Part shown: positions 1 to 13,186 of the stretch, one piece after another
Layout of the letters: each line of letters starts with the position of its first letter
Position numbering within the stretch: the stretch's first letter is position 1
From: Octopus bimaculoides
Lineage: Eukaryota
Length of the DNA stretch: 51,182 bases
Assembly (NCBI RefSeq): GCF_001194135.2
Contig: NC_068983.1
Location: forward strand, 99,278,177 to 99,329,358
Direction of reading: 5' to 3'
Notes under the pieces: generated by a model
Databases searched by the model: none
What the model saw: the letters and a program-made list of their open reading frames with translations, nothing else
Told to the model about the DNA's origin: nothing
Program-made: the position numbers and the translations under genes

Positions 1-59
1 GTATATGTATACATATACATCTCTCTCTCTCTCTTTCTGTCTCTCTCTTTCTCTCTCTG

Positions 60-387
60 TGAAAATATCTGTCATTACAGTATCGAAATGTGATTGTTTC
101 AGTTAGTCGAATAGTTTCATTTTTAAAGTGAAAGTATTTGACATGAGTGTTTTTGTTTCACTTTTGACACGTAATACTTAAATAGTGGAGGAGATATTAT
201 GTTGCCGTGTGCTCGAACTCTGCAAGAAGTTAAAAATTTTTTTTTGACTAAAACACAACTGGAACCATAAATAAGGCATGTGTAAAATTTGAATGAAATT
301 GGTTGCGTAGTTCTCGGGTTTTAGGGATTCACACACACACACACAGACAGACAGACAGACACACATTCTCATTTTTATATATATAGA
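60..387 (-). mobile_element. 5' part of a non-autonomous Helitron-like element
   Basis: Minus strand starts TCTATATATATAAAAATGAGAATGTGTGTCTGTCTGTCTG...AACCAATTTCATTCAAATTTTACAC: a TC start, internal microsatellite and conserved block typical of Lep1-like non-autonomous Helitrons. No 3' CTRR end identified. Confidence 0.5.
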
Positions 388-1754
388 TTACTCCTACTTT
401 CTCTATACTGCACCTAATTATTTTATACATATGTTTAATTGTATTTGATATACTTGCTTCTCTTGCTAACACTCAACAATTTACTCACTACTTCCTCATG
501 AAAAGTATATTTATTCTTTAGAACCTCTTACAATTCAGGCTATTTGTTAATTATAGAAGCATCCCACTCCACCTATCCTAGATAGATTTGCGGAACTAGA
601 TAAATGTCCATCCCTTTTAGAATAATATAATGCATTTTAGTTTTAGATTAGATTTTTAAAAGCAAGAATGTGCAAACTTGTTTATGATATAATTGATAGA
701 AAAAAGTATTGATTTTTAAAAATTTTATTTTATTAATCTTGAAAATGCTTCTTCTTGAAATGGAAAAGATATTATGGATGACTCAATCCTGGTTTGTGAA
801 TAGTTGAACTAAAAAGTAAATGAAGCACCACCTGCATCGACTGTACCAGCTCCAGTGGCAGCAATATATTCTAAAGGGCAGGAAAAACAATAGCTTTGTC
901 AAAAATAGTTTACACCTGCTGAGTAAATGTAGCTGTCTTTACATTTATTGTGGGTTACTTAGCCTTTTTAATTCATGTTTTAATTTGTTTTTATATTTTT
1001 GCATTTTCCTTTATATCACAGTAAGCCCTGCAGGATTTATTGAGAAATGAGTTAATGAAATAGAATAACAATTGTGCATCACTGACAAACCTTGGTTGCT
1101 TCTATTTAGCTTCTATTAATAATATATAAGATTCTAGTTTTCCAGATAATCATAATGTTTCTTATAAATGTCAAATTCATTTGAAACAGCTACTTCTAAA
1201 GTCAGGAATACTCTGGAGATTACTATATATACTCTTCAGCAATTTTTTAAAAAACTTTCCGAAGCAACAGTATGCTAAATGTTTCATATAATTATGACAA
1301 TATGTATATATATATGAAACACTAAGACTGGCTAATAGTGAATATTTAACTCATCAGTGTACACTAAGCACTTTTTTTCATATCTGCTATTCAGTCTCCC
1401 AAATACAACAGACTCTTACTGAGAATATCTTGAATTTTAGCTGATATTGTTGATGTATTGAGATGTAATCAGGCTACTTACCCTTTTAGAGACTAAAAGT
1501 AGTTTTATTTCTATACTAATGACTCAGCTGACTCTCTTATGCTGCATTTTGCTTCTGTCGGTTTCATTTCTAGCATATTATCACTGTATTTTATTTGTAA
1601 AGTTTATTATTTTGTTTCCTAGAATTGATTTAGTTCATCCTAGTTGCATGTGTTTTTAGGTTTTGAGCAATTGATATTTCATTGTATCAGGAAAACAAGC
1701 TGTGCACTGCACAGCTTGATAAAAACAAAGAGCTTATGTCAACAAATGAGTCCT

Positions 1755-1844
1755 TTTATCATATTTATGGACTGTGGCCATGCTGGGGCACCACCTTGAC
1801 AGGTTTATTCAAATAAATTGATCCCAGTACTTACTTTTAAAATC

Positions 1845-1845
<1 letters not shown>
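1755..1845 (-). mobile_element. 3' fragment of tRNA-derived CORE-like SINE (family B)
   Basis: gactgtggccatgctggggcaccacc...gatcccagtactta matches the fuller copies at 24530 and 34766. Confidence 0.6.
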
Positions 1846-1882
<37 letters not shown>

Positions 1883-2024
1883 TGTGTGAATAGTGGATGT
1901 TGATGAAATTTTATTAAACGGTTCTGATGTTTTTGAGAGAAAATAGGTATCAAGAAGATTTAGTTTGGAGTCATTTGAGAAATTATTGTTTTAAAAGAAC
2001 GTTCATGTTTGTTCTAAATGTATT

Positions 2025-2395
2025 TTATTACCTCTGCCTTAGCGAAGGTGGAGTTACTGTTTTCATTTGTGTTTGTTTGTTTGTCCATCGACAAGATATC
2101 TCAAGAACCACTGGATGGATTCGGATGAAACTTTCAGGGATGTTTGGCTTTGTGACTGGCATGAACTGATTAGATTTTGGTATCAATCCAGTGCTGGACA
2201 AGGATTCTGGATTATTTTTCCTTTTTTTTTTTTCTTAATTTTTAAGAGCAATTGGATTCATTTTTAGTATTCTCATTTGTGAGAGCAGTCGAGTTTATTT
2301 CAGATATTCTCATTTTAAAAATCATCTCTGGCTAATCATTGAGAGGATGTTGGTGTTACCTTGGCAGCAGTTTGCGCTCTCTGAGTGCTCTTGTT
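2025..2395 (-). mobile_element. Helentron-associated (HINE/DINE-1-like) non-autonomous element, copy 1
   Basis: Alignable over its length with 36456-36823 in the opposite orientation; subterminal inverted repeat, terminal hairpin (cctctgccttagcgaaggtggag) and internal (GTTT)n. Confidence 0.7.
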
Positions 2396-2409
2396 GATAT
2401 TTTCTCTCA

Positions 2410-3120
2410 CCCTAAAATTGGATGAGAGGGGTTTATCGGAGCTGTTGCTGTGAAATGATACATAAGGAAAATTATGTTAGATGATGGAGTCATATAGATG
2501 AAATTTTGCAATGGTGCTGATGTTTGATGCTGTCTAGATGGAATGCATATGCTTAAAGACTGTTGCTGCCATTCAAATCCTGTAGATTATGTCTAGTTAC
2601 ACATTGCCATTGCTACTCACAATACTACTCAAATAGGTAAACTTTTTCACTTCTATCTTGTGATGATCCTAAGCCTTGTATTCCCCACACCCTGCTGTAA
2701 CAATGTTGTGAACTCCTGCAGATCCACATCAACTTTTGCCATCAATGTGATGTCATTAAGAAAGTTATGATCCCCCTCCCTTGGAAGAGCACACTAAGGA
2801 CTGATATAAATCTAAATGTAATCCATCAAAGGTGCCTCAAAGATTCTGGTCAGCTGGTGGGTCTGTGTCTCAGTTGAGGAAGTTCTAAGATTGTAGTGGA
2901 GCACCAATTCTGTCTGGTCAATCAAAGGCACTTGAAAATAGCTGTGACTTGGGATTCACCTGATTGCAGATGTAAAAGGGGCAGAGTGGACATTACAAAA
3001 TAGTCTGATGATAGTCAACATTATATGGAATGGATAAATAAAAGTGGCAGCTGGCTGAATCCAGTGGAGAAAGCTAGCCACCCAATGTGGCAGTGTAGGA
3101 AGACTTAAAACTAAAGAAAA
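2410..3120 (-). mobile_element. Highly decayed CR1/L2-type LINE RT fragment
   Basis: Minus-strand translation gives only broken motifs (WVASFL, PLLFI); many stops and indels. Confidence 0.3.
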
Positions 3121-3246
3121 AAAAAGTTCAGTGATGCATGGCTTTGAAGGCAGTTTTGGAAAGGAGTAAGTTTTGTATGGTTTTCTGAATATGTGCTCAG
3201 GGTGAGTGTAAGTAAGAAACTATGTTAATAATATTCCATTCTGTAT

Positions 3247-3460
3247 AAGGTGGCAAGCTGAGAGAAATGTTAGCATGCCGGGTGAAATGCTTAGCGGTAT
3301 TTCATCTGTTTTCACATTCTGAGTTCAAATTCCGCTGGGATCGACTTTGCTGTTCCTCCTTTTGGGGTTGATAAATTAAGTACCAGTTGTGTACTGGGGT
3401 TGATCTAATCGACTAACCCCTTCCCCCAAAATTTTGGGCCTTGTGCATAGAGTAGAAAAG
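3247..3460 (+). mobile_element. tRNA-derived SINE (family A) with 17-bp TSD
   Basis: B-box-like GAGTTCAAATTCC and the conserved block gactttgc..ccttt.ggggttgataaattaagtaccag; flanked by aatattccattctgtat at 3230-3246 and 3461-3477. Confidence 0.85.
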
Positions 3461-3593
3461 AATATTCCATTCTGTATGTAAATGAAACTAGGGAGTGTTC
3501 AGATCCAGATGATATGAATGTCTGATACTTATCGATCTTATGCCTTAAAAGGATAATGCATACACTATTGTTATAATAAGTTTGAGTAATATT

Positions 3594-3774
3594 GGATTCA
3601 CATTTTGAGACAAGACCAGCAATTTGGCGGGAGGGGTAAGTCAACTACATTGACTCCAGTGCTGAACTGATTACTAACCTTGAAAAGATGAAAGGCAAAG
3701 TCAACCTCAACAGAATTTGAACTCACACTGTAAAGATGGACAAAATGTTGCTAAGTGCTTTGCTTGATGTGCTA
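3594..3774 (-). mobile_element. SINE family A, inverted copy, with 16-bp TSD
   Basis: Reverse complement of family A; aagtttgagtaatatt at 3578-3593 and 3775-3790. Confidence 0.8.
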
Positions 3775-4117
3775 AAGTTTGAGTAATATTAAACAAATGA
3801 ACTTAGCATGATACCCAAATGTATATTGTTTAGGTTTCAGACATATTCCGGTAGGTGGTATATGTTGGACTAAATTTTATCAATTTTCATACAAAGATAA
3901 AATACTTATTTTATTTCTGGAAGCTTCATGTCTGTTGTCTTCAACCACACTGACACTCTCCTTGAAGTTTTAATAATTGAATTTAAATAAAAATCAATAT
4001 TGTTATATTGACAGAGAAACTCATGCTTGCTATAAATAGAATTTAACTTAAACCCTTTTTGGAATAATGAAAATTATTGAGACTGGCTGGTTATTGCAGT
4101 TTATCCTTTATGTACAC

Positions 4118-4394
4118 TGTTATAAACCTAAACTGGAATACCTAAGTTTAAAAGGTTTTAATCAACTAAAAATACAGTAATCTACAATACAAACAAAGAT
4201 TGTTAAATTGTAAGCAAAACTAAACTTCAACGCAACAACAGTTTTATGCAGCGAGTTGCTAGTCTTGACTAACTAAAAACTAACACTGAACATGTTGTGC
4301 TGTAAACAGAACAGAACTATGCACAGTTGCACTGCAGGCAAATAACAGCAATCGAGACAATCAAAGTCACGTGATCAAAACTAAAATCACAACA
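4118..4394 (-). mobile_element. Solo LTR (277 bp), Ty3/gypsy-type
   Basis: TG...CA ends with a 5-bp TSD TACAC (4113-4117 and 4395-4399). Minus-strand termini TGTTGTG...TATAACA are the same as those of the LTRs at 27670 and 31503. Confidence 0.75.
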
Positions 4395-6034
4395 TACACA
4401 AAACTAGATAAAATCCTGATTTATCTGTTAAAAAATTTCACTTATTTTTTTTTTCCTATTTATATAAATTGATGAACCATCAAAAATAGAATAATGTCTA
4501 CAAGTATGCTACTACATTAGTGCTTGGTCACTATTTCATATTTCTGTGTAACATACCTGACTTTTTCCCCACAAAGAAAACCAAAATAGAATGTTGGTAG
4601 CTGATAAATGTATCTCAACTTTCATGATGATGATAATGGCCATCACCACCACCACCACCACTGTCACCTCTACTACCATTATCCACCACTGCCTCCCACT
4701 CCTCTATTCTGGTATGGATTGGACAGGTTGTCACGATCTGAGTTATTTCTTTTTTAGAATTATTGTTTTTCTAGATGGCTCAAGGAATGATGTCTTGCTT
4801 GTACATTTAAATTTTAACCTGGCTAATATAGCTGGATGCTCTTTCCTTACAGCGACTACTTCACAAAATGCTGGGTGTATGCTAAAATTCAATTTGGAAG
4901 TTGTAATTACAATCTCTTTATATTTAATTACATTTTTATAGTTAATTTTCCACAAACATATTAGAACACAAATTATATTGGTGAAGGCCTAAGCAGTAAT
5001 TTATATCCTTGCACATGACAGATATTTGTGAACTTTGCACCACTTTAGGCTTCATATTGCCAAAAAAAAGAAGAAACCCTCCCTCTGAAAACACTCCAAG
5101 TAGAGTAATTCACTTAAATGCTCATGCAAAACTTATAGAATAGCATGAATTGAAACATTGTCATATAAGTAAAAGACAATTATGATAAACAACTTGGCAG
5201 TATAAAGAGGAATTATTCATTATTTTAGCTTTCACAGGCTCTAATTGTGAACTAAAAATTTTAAAACAATACCCAAACTATTGTAATATGCAGAGTAATG
5301 GAAAGAGTGTAATGTCATATCAGTCAATTAAATTGTGGTTGTCAAGAAACTCCTTATGGCACTTGTTTTGTGATTGTTAAGTGCGTAATGAGAAGAGAAA
5401 AGCTTCTCTTAATTTGAAAGTGTTGTTGTTTTAATTGAAAACGCTGAAAGTAACTGTATCCTCTTTATATTGTAAATGCCTTTTAACAGGCAAAATTTTC
5501 ATATTAATATGTTTTTCAAGTTTATATACATGTATATGTACCAGATGCACTGTACTGGCTATGTAAAGCTTGTAACATTTCATGTATTTCATAGAGTATG
5601 CTGTATAATTTGTAAAGCAGTTGGAAAGTGTGTCTATCTGGAACGAATGAGAGTGTGTTTCTTTAGAAGGTGTTGAGTAAGAGAGATTTCAGTTCGGTTC
5701 TTCTCTTCATGTTACAGATTTAATTGCATTACTGACATGTTCACTAAAGTGTGGCTTACTAAACTAGCAGGTTTTCTAGAAGGTCTTCTTTTTCTTTTAC
5801 TCGTTATTTTTTGTTTGTTTTTCTATAAAAATAAAACATTTTGTATATCCATTTTCTCTGAAGATATTGTAAAACCTCTTCATGTCAGCAGTTTTATTGT
5901 CTATGTTACTGTTTCAGTGTGATTCTCTTCCTTAATGTATGAACATTTTTATTACTAACAAGTCAAATTATAGAAATAGTTAAATGTGCAGATTTCTCTG
6001 AGAAGTTGTAAACATTTTCTTAATTTGTTAGTTA

Positions 6035-6400
6035 GAAGAGAAGGCGGAGGAGCACCCTTAACCTTTCAGGCCCTTAGGCCGAGGAGGTTGATGTAACTGA
6101 TATCAGTTCAAACACATCTCAGTCGAAGTCTGCAAGAATGAGAATGGAATTCTTTGAATGAAGGGGCAAGTAGTTTAGTGTAAAATATGGGAGGTAAAAC
6201 ACAGAAGAGAAGATGAGGGGAGGAAAGATGAACATGTTAAGTGGAGGGAGTATTCAGCTTGCCAGTTTGTAGCATTAGAAGTTATTGTTTTAGCAATAGA
6301 TGAGTGTCCTTGACAGGATGTGAGTTGGAGAAAACACACTTCAGTAGATCAAATGACAGTAAACTTATGATGCAAAAGATTAGATGTAGATATTACACAA
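6035..6400 (-). mobile_element. Decayed 3' end of a CR1/L2-type LINE
   Basis: Minus strand resembles CR1-type C-terminal/3' sequence; related fragments at ~11480-11660 (+) and ~11760-12110 (-). Motifs are heavily eroded. Confidence 0.35.
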
Positions 6401-8572
6401 AGACAGACAACATAACTAGATGTTATTATCCATTGGAAAATCAGCAGAGAAAGGAATCCTGATTCCCCTAGAAGTACAAAGGGAAATTTAACATGGGTAT
6501 TTGCACTGTAAAGAAGTGCAGTCAAAGATATACCAACTGTTTTCCGTAACTGGGAGCAGTACTTTTATTGTGGTGCTTTTACAAACTAGTTGTGGAATTA
6601 TTGATGTGCTGCACCCATCTGGAAGTGGATTCTTGTAGTCACATATATAAATGCTTATGCTAAAACAGAAGGTTTTAGCATGTGAATTCTACTCTTATCC
6701 ATATGATAGGTAGATGATATTCTATCACGAACTTCTTATGTAGAAATATGTAATATCTTGCATATGTTTTTGTTAAGCACTTGCAACCATAAACCAACAA
6801 TCAGGAGATTTTTTTTGTGTCAGTTTATTAAAATAATACAAATTCTTATGTTGTTTCTCTGATTGTTATTATTTAGAGCTTGTTAAAATCAAAATATGAA
6901 ATAAATTTACTTTCCACTTTATTCTGTGTCATTGGGGCCTTTAATATTTATACATTTTTATTCATACAAATATTTAGAATATAGAACTATCCAAGTACTA
7001 TTAATTAAACCAGCAAAAGCAAAAAAATTCTGAACAGATTGATACTCTTGTACAGTGGGACAGTTAAATATTAATGAGTTACCACTATTTAAAAAGTAAA
7101 ATTGATAACAACATAACTTAAGTCTTAAATTTCAGTATAGCATCCCTAAGAATAACAATAAAATTTCTTTGGTGCGAACATTGACCTGAAACCTACAGTG
7201 AACTCAAATGTTGTTATACCTGCATATTTGTGGTATTGAGTTAGTCCATTGATTCCAAGCATTTGATCAACTACCTTCATTCTAGGAGTCTACTCTAATG
7301 CAAATGATCAACTGCTATAACATGGTAATTACTGGAACACCATTGCTTGACCTCTGTTGACTTGGGACTAAAAACAATAGTAATCTTAACTTTTATTAGG
7401 ATGAAAACTCATAGAATGGTATTGATTTTCACTTAGTGTTAAAATGTTTTGAAAAATTTAAGAATATTATTTGTCAGATTCAAAAATTTCATAACCATTT
7501 CAATATTCTTACTTTTATATAACTGCAAAAGACTTAATGGTAGATACAAATTGAAGACTATCTAATTGCCTTCAATTTGTTCTTGCAATTCAGGACTTCT
7601 GTCAAATTGCTTAACAGATTTTTTTTCATTAGTCCCTATTATTTCTATTAATCTCTCCATTTAATGTTAATTTAGTTTTATTATTACTTTAATTCACACA
7701 ATCATTATATATAAATTTTCTTCTTTATCCTCATAACATTAGCCCATGATTTTAGGCATTCTCACTTAAATTTTAGCTTTTACTACTTTTATACAAATTT
7801 TGTTGTAATATTCTGGCTAATATTAGAAAATTACATGCAACATGGCTGATTTTTCCATTCTGTGGAAGATTGTTGGCATGTTTCCATAATGTAAGCACTG
7901 CAAGTATTTCTGTAATCACATGCAGCACTAAACAATTTGCATTTTTTTTATCGACCTAATCCCAAACCAAACATGCAATGTTTTGGATCCATTCAATAAA
8001 ATGAAATTTAGTTTCATTATTTTACTGTAGATATTTTAATTTCAACATGTCAGACATATCAAGACCTCTATTGATGTTATATTGACTTTTTGAATTACAT
8101 TAGAAGTTGTTACCTTATATATGATTTAACTATGATAATATGTAATATATCTTCTTTTCTTAGAGCAGAGAGACATTTATTTTGATAAAAAAAGCTTTTC
8201 TCTTAAATTGTGAATAATTTTAGATGACCTTTTAAAAGGCATAATAATGAAAGTTTGACTTCGACCAAGTTTGTTTTCTTTTTCTGAACATCTTAGTTTT
8301 CAACTAAAATATCCTGGTTTTAAAAAATAAAAACATTTGTTATTTCTGTTTCTTTTTCAGTCTAATATATTAGGTCTTATATGAGTATCATGCCACTGTT
8401 TTTATCTGTAACATCCAAACTTACTGCTTCTTCTCTTTCTCTGTGTGTGGGTGTGTGTATGTATGCAAATCAAAAATAAAAACAGGAAAAACATCAAAAA
8501 TCAAAAGAACTTACACAGTGACTATATTAGATTGATGCTCAGAGAAAGTTTAAGATGGAAAAAATAGAGGGG

Positions 8573-8608
8573 TTGTGACGTTTCGAGCATGGCTCTTCAT
8601 CAGAATGA
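8573..8608 (-). ncRNA. Minimal hammerhead-ribozyme-like motif (Penelope pseudo-LTR type); stem I disrupted
   Basis: Minus strand CTGATGA-A-GAGC-cat-GCTC-GAAAC-GTC. Core and stem II are intact with a GUC triplet, but stem I has only 1 pair. Confidence 0.55.
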
Positions 8609-8689
8609 GGAAAGAGTTTAGAGAGAAGGCAAAAAATAGTCTGAGAAAAGCATGTGTGTTGTTACATGGCTGAAGGTAATTTGTATATC

Positions 8690-8865
8690 CAACTTAATGT
8701 GGATGTTGTGTTAGAATATTTATTTACCTTGAAAGGACCTCATATGAGTGCAGGATGTCTAAAAGCATGTTTATATCATTGGCAGATGACAGTCATCTGA
8801 CACCAGTGCTGGAACTGCCAGATCACATGATTTCATTCTGCCTGGGCTCATCAGTGGCAGGTGTC
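8690..8865 (-). mobile_element. Unclassified dispersed repeat with a degenerate hammerhead-like motif (Penelope-like pLTR?)
   Basis: Aligns with 22495-22690 (+): cctgccactgatgag vs cctgctgctgatgag, gcactggtgtc vs gtactggtgtc, and a shared ...acat(t)cc(c)attaag block; a partial copy lies at ~22220-22370. Confidence 0.45.
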
Positions 8866-9339
8866 TGGTAGCAACATAACAGCCAAATCACACTGTCAAC
8901 AATATATAGAATCTCAATGCCTAAAAAGGCACTGATGTTGCAAATAACCAGCAGGCTTATTTAAAGATGATCAATAGCGACAAAAGCAGTGTTAATACTA
9001 AAAGGCAATCTTTATATTCAGCATAATGTGAATATTGTGTTAGAATGTCCAAATACTGCTACAATGTTTTAGAAAACCTTTTATTCTGTCATATAGAGTG
9101 GGGTACCCATTTACAAACAGTTCTCTATATGAACAAATTGAATAATGGATGGTCTTTCTGAAGAAAATTAAACTTGCATAATGAGCTACAATTTGATCAA
9201 CAAAGCATGAGCAGACTATGCACGTATATAAGTTACCTGTGGTACTCACGAAGACCTGTCCTCCACAGTAGAAGTGTTAATGCTACTCCCCCTGATGAAG
9301 ATTGGCCTGCAAGAGCCTTGTGCCAGTGCCATGTAAAGA

Positions 9340-9562
9340 GCACTAGTGCTGGTGCCACGTAAAAGTCCTCGTGCCACTACTACATTAAAAGTACCCAGTA
9401 CACTCTATAAAGTGGTTGACATTAGGAAGGGCATCTGGTTGTAGAAGCCAAGCCAAATTAGACTGGAACCTGGTGCAGCTCTCCTGCTTGCCAGCTCTGT
9501 TCAAGCCATTCAATCCATACCAGTATAGAAAATGGACATTCAGGAATGATGATGTTGATGAT
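9340..9562 (+). mobile_element. Old 3' end of an RTE-clade LINE or RTE-tailed SINE
   Basis: gtggttgacattaggaagggcatc...ccagtatagaaaatggacattcagg..gatgatg tail, shared with the young copies at 9995 and 45800. Confidence 0.75.
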
Positions 9563-9994
9563 AGGAACCCATTTGCTTAGTAAGAGCTGAAATTCAAACA
9601 AGCCATGGGTAGGCTACATGTGTATATAGGTGCTGGAAGAGCATATACAAATGGTATGCTAAATGAACATACTGTACTGTGAACAGCTTTTTTTTTTAAT
9701 GAAGTTATTTTCAACGAATTAGCTGAAATTTGAATAACAAAGCACAAGTAGACTATGCACACACATAAAAGTGGCTGAGAGGCATTTGTTAACGTCCATG
9801 TAAATTTTTGTATTTTATATAGAAAAATAATATTTCTCAATTTTTTTTTTTTTTGGTAAAAACATAGCTTTGAATTGACTGAAGCAAGACAAGGAAAAAG
9901 GGAAAAACACATGCACGCATATTTGTATACATATGTACATACGTATGTATATATGTACATATGTACGTATATATGTACATACATACATACATAG

Positions 9995-10268
9995 GGTTTT
10001 CGAGCGAGATCGTTGCCAGTGCCCCTGGACTGGCTCTTGTGCGGGTGGCACATAAGACACCATTTCGAGCGTGGCCGTTTTCGTGCGGGTGACACGTAAA
10101 AGCACTCACTACACTCTCTGAGTGGTTGGCGTTAGGAAGGGCATCCAGCTGTAGAAACTCTGCCAAATTAGATCGGAGCCTGGTGTTGCCATCCGGTTTC
10201 ACCAGTCCTCAGTCAAATCATCCAACCCATGCTAGCATGGAAGGCGGACGTTAAACGATGATGATGAT
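9995..10268 (+). mobile_element. Young 5'-truncated RTE LINE 3'UTR with (GAT)n tail
   Basis: CpG-rich and near-identical to 46007-46396; inserted in a (TACA/TATG) microsatellite. Confidence 0.85.
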
Positions 10269-10549
10269 TCATGCACACACATACATGCATGCATACACAT
10301 TATACCTATACATATATATCTATGTATTTACTATTTATGGATGTACAAATAAAATATAATTTCATGCCTTTATGTAGCGTTTGGGTGTGGCTTGGAATGG
10401 ATTATCTCTGTTTATTTGTATTTCAATTGCTCATACAAAGAACAATCTGGTTAATGAACAAGGCCCCAGAATGAATTATGTTTATATATAGAGATCTTAA
10501 TGCATATATAATTTGTGCATGGTATGAATACATGTTATGTATGTTCACG

Positions 10550-10583
<34 letters not shown>

Positions 10584-11207
10584 ATATGTGAATTTTGTAA
10601 ATCATAAGGCAATAATTTCAATATAAACTGAATTTATATAACTATTGTTGTATTGTGGCCAGAAGCAAGATCAAAACTGGCAAAACTAGATTTTTTGTGA
10701 CTTTTAGTGAAAATACTATTGGTAGTGGATGTTACAGTGATGTTAACATTGTAGCTAGCATTTTAACAGGGATATTCGAAAGAATAAGTTTGATGTACAT
10801 GTTGGTTGAAGAGTGAACTTTTAGTAGTAAGGATTACAAATGCCCTGCAGCATCAGGAAATGACTCATGTCAGACTTAAGACCTTGAAAATATTTTTCAA
10901 TAGGGACATGGCAATTTCTTCAATAACATCCAGATGCATTTACTACTTGTATCAGACAACCGATATTCCATTACATTCTTTTTATGCATGAACAACAATG
11001 CAGTACTGTTCATGTTGCAACTACTGCTGCTAGATGCACTGACATCCTAGATCAGATCAATAAAAAGACCATTCAGTGAAGTAAAGCCACATTTGTATGT
11101 TTAGTGTTTCTTCTCCCTACTTTTTCTTCTATTATGGTGGCCTTTACTCTTCTGACTTATTAAGTTGCATCTTTTTGTTTGTCATCTCCATGGTTTTAGT
11201 CCTAGGT

Positions 11208-11465
11208 CAGTGGTTCTCAATCACTTGTTACCTATGGGCCCCTTTAGTTCCTGTTTTACTCTACCGGACCTCCATAACCATTCACTGTATATAAAATTAG
11301 TCCGTCTATGTTTTTATAATTAAATATTATTAGGAATATAAATAAAAATTTTTTCAAATATTTTGTATATTATATATGTTTAACCAATTTATTGCACATA
11401 AATTTTAACAATCAAATCTTATATGGATCCCCAAGGGTTATATGGACCCTTGTTGAGAATCACTG
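11208..11465. mobile_element. hAT (Charlie-like) MITE
   Basis: TIRs CAGTGGTTCTCAA / TTGAGAATCACTG; 8-bp flanks tcctaggt and ccctagat (6/8 match, NTCTAGAN-like). Confidence 0.8.
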
Positions 11466-12163
11466 CCCTAGATCCTACATTAAACACTTTCCCAAACATA
11501 CCTTTCTCTAATTGTAACCCTCTGGAATTCCCTCACTGTGTGTTTACTAGTGGTGATGATAACAACTCTTAAAGCACAAGTATGTACAAGTTTTTCTTGC
11601 ATACATTGACTTATAAAACTTTAAACTGAATATCAACTGCATCAATCTCACCTGTCTGGGTTGGCCAACAAAAGCTTGATAACTTTCCCTTCTTTTTTGA
11701 CTAATTAAAACAAATTGCAGAAATTTAGTAGGCAGCAATTCAAATCTTTTTTAATCAGTGCAGAAAATGGTGCAAACATAAGAGATTGTAATGTAATCTT
11801 GAGACTGGCAAAGCACCAATTGAACCATAGTAGTTATTAGCATGAGCAGGCATGAATTGAAGGTCATAGAAAATAAAAGTTCTATACTGTGTTAGAAGTA
11901 TGGCGAGTGATAACATGGTAGCTAGAGGTATTGAAGTTAAGGATAGTATTAACAAAGTAGTAAAGATATCATATTTGTAACAATATGGAATCTGAATGTA
12001 TAATGGTGAGTTGTTGAATGTCAGAAGACTGGGTATTTTAGATGAGATGAGACATGTTGGGAAAACAGGGTGGTTAAATGTACATAATGATAATGAGATA
12101 TTTTTTAATTGTTTGAGCATTTTCTCTTTTACTTTATATTTAAAATTTGTTTTAAATAAACTG

Positions 12164-12368
12164 ACCACAGTCTGTCTATCCTATGCGAAAGGCCTCTGAA
12201 AAAATACAAAAGATATGATGCCCATATGACATGAGGACAGTATTCAAGAGTAACACAACACTTCGCAAATATCTTCTTCGAGTAAAACCACCAATAAAAG
12301 AGAATATGACGAAAGACTGCATATACTCCATCCCACGCAGCTGTGGTAGGTTATACAAAGGCGAAACT
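12164..12368 (+). mobile_element. Penelope-like retroelement fragment (RT thumb/linker into the GIY-YIG endonuclease)
   Basis: Translates, with one frameshift and a stop, as TVCLSYAKG-SEKIQKI*CPYDMRTVFKSNTTLRKYLLRVKPPIKENMTKDCIYSIPRSCGRLYKGET. This fits the PLE pattern LPY..GLSE.I.R......VY.IPC.CG..YIGET. Confidence 0.85.
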
Positions 12369-12679
12369 TACTATTGGCAATGGCCCCAAAAGTCTTGGTC
12401 ACTTGATATGACCTCCGTAAGGCCCGACATTCAAAGATCATGCTACCAGCAATATATATAAACCTCTGTCATCTCATTCATCTGTGTTTTACATTCCTAA
12501 GGGCACAATCTATTTACAGTTGATATTTTCATCCTTATGCCAAATATCTCCATCACCACCACTACATGCTCCTCCCTAAAAATAATTTTAAAAAACTAGA
12601 CATCTTTTGATATATTAGTTTTAGAGAAACTTTAAGTAAACATTGTCTCCTGTTAGAGTATTATTTTAATGAGAAAATC

Positions 12680-12705
12680 TCTCTCTCTCTTTCTCTCTCT
12701 CTCTT

Positions 12706-12744
<39 letters not shown>
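12680..12744. repeat. (CT)n microsatellite
   Basis: Directly visible CT/CTTT run. Confidence 0.9.
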
Positions 12745-13186
12745 TTATTTTAAAGTTTCACATAAATCACATATAATTGGACTGAAACCAATAATAGAAT
12801 AGTTAATATTTTCATTGTAGAAAGTGACTTTCATAATTATATCTGCAAGGTATCCAGATTTAGTGACTTACAGGAAGCCTGGTAGTTTACTTTTCTCTTA
12901 TCATTTTTGCGAGATTAACTGTCTGATCAACTTTGTTCAGATCAGATCAGAAAATGACCTATTTTAAGTCAGTTTCTCTTTTAAGTTCTCTGTAATATTT
13001 TCCTGCTCATATCTTAATAAGGGCATATTTTCTTTATATTATCAAGATAGTTTCTTCCTCATGAGTTTTATCTAGAAACTCTGTTTTATACAACTTAAAG
13101 TAATCTACTTCAACAATATCAAGGCACAATCACTATGCCTTTGTCACTCTATAACAACACACAAAAAACTCAAAGTTATTATACTT

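Noticed and set aside
820-1050. ORF beginning MKHHLHR as a possible first exon (family N-termini start MKKQF...)
   Set aside because: No similarity beyond MK and no phase-2 donor at the expected position. The true first exon was not found in 1-19867.
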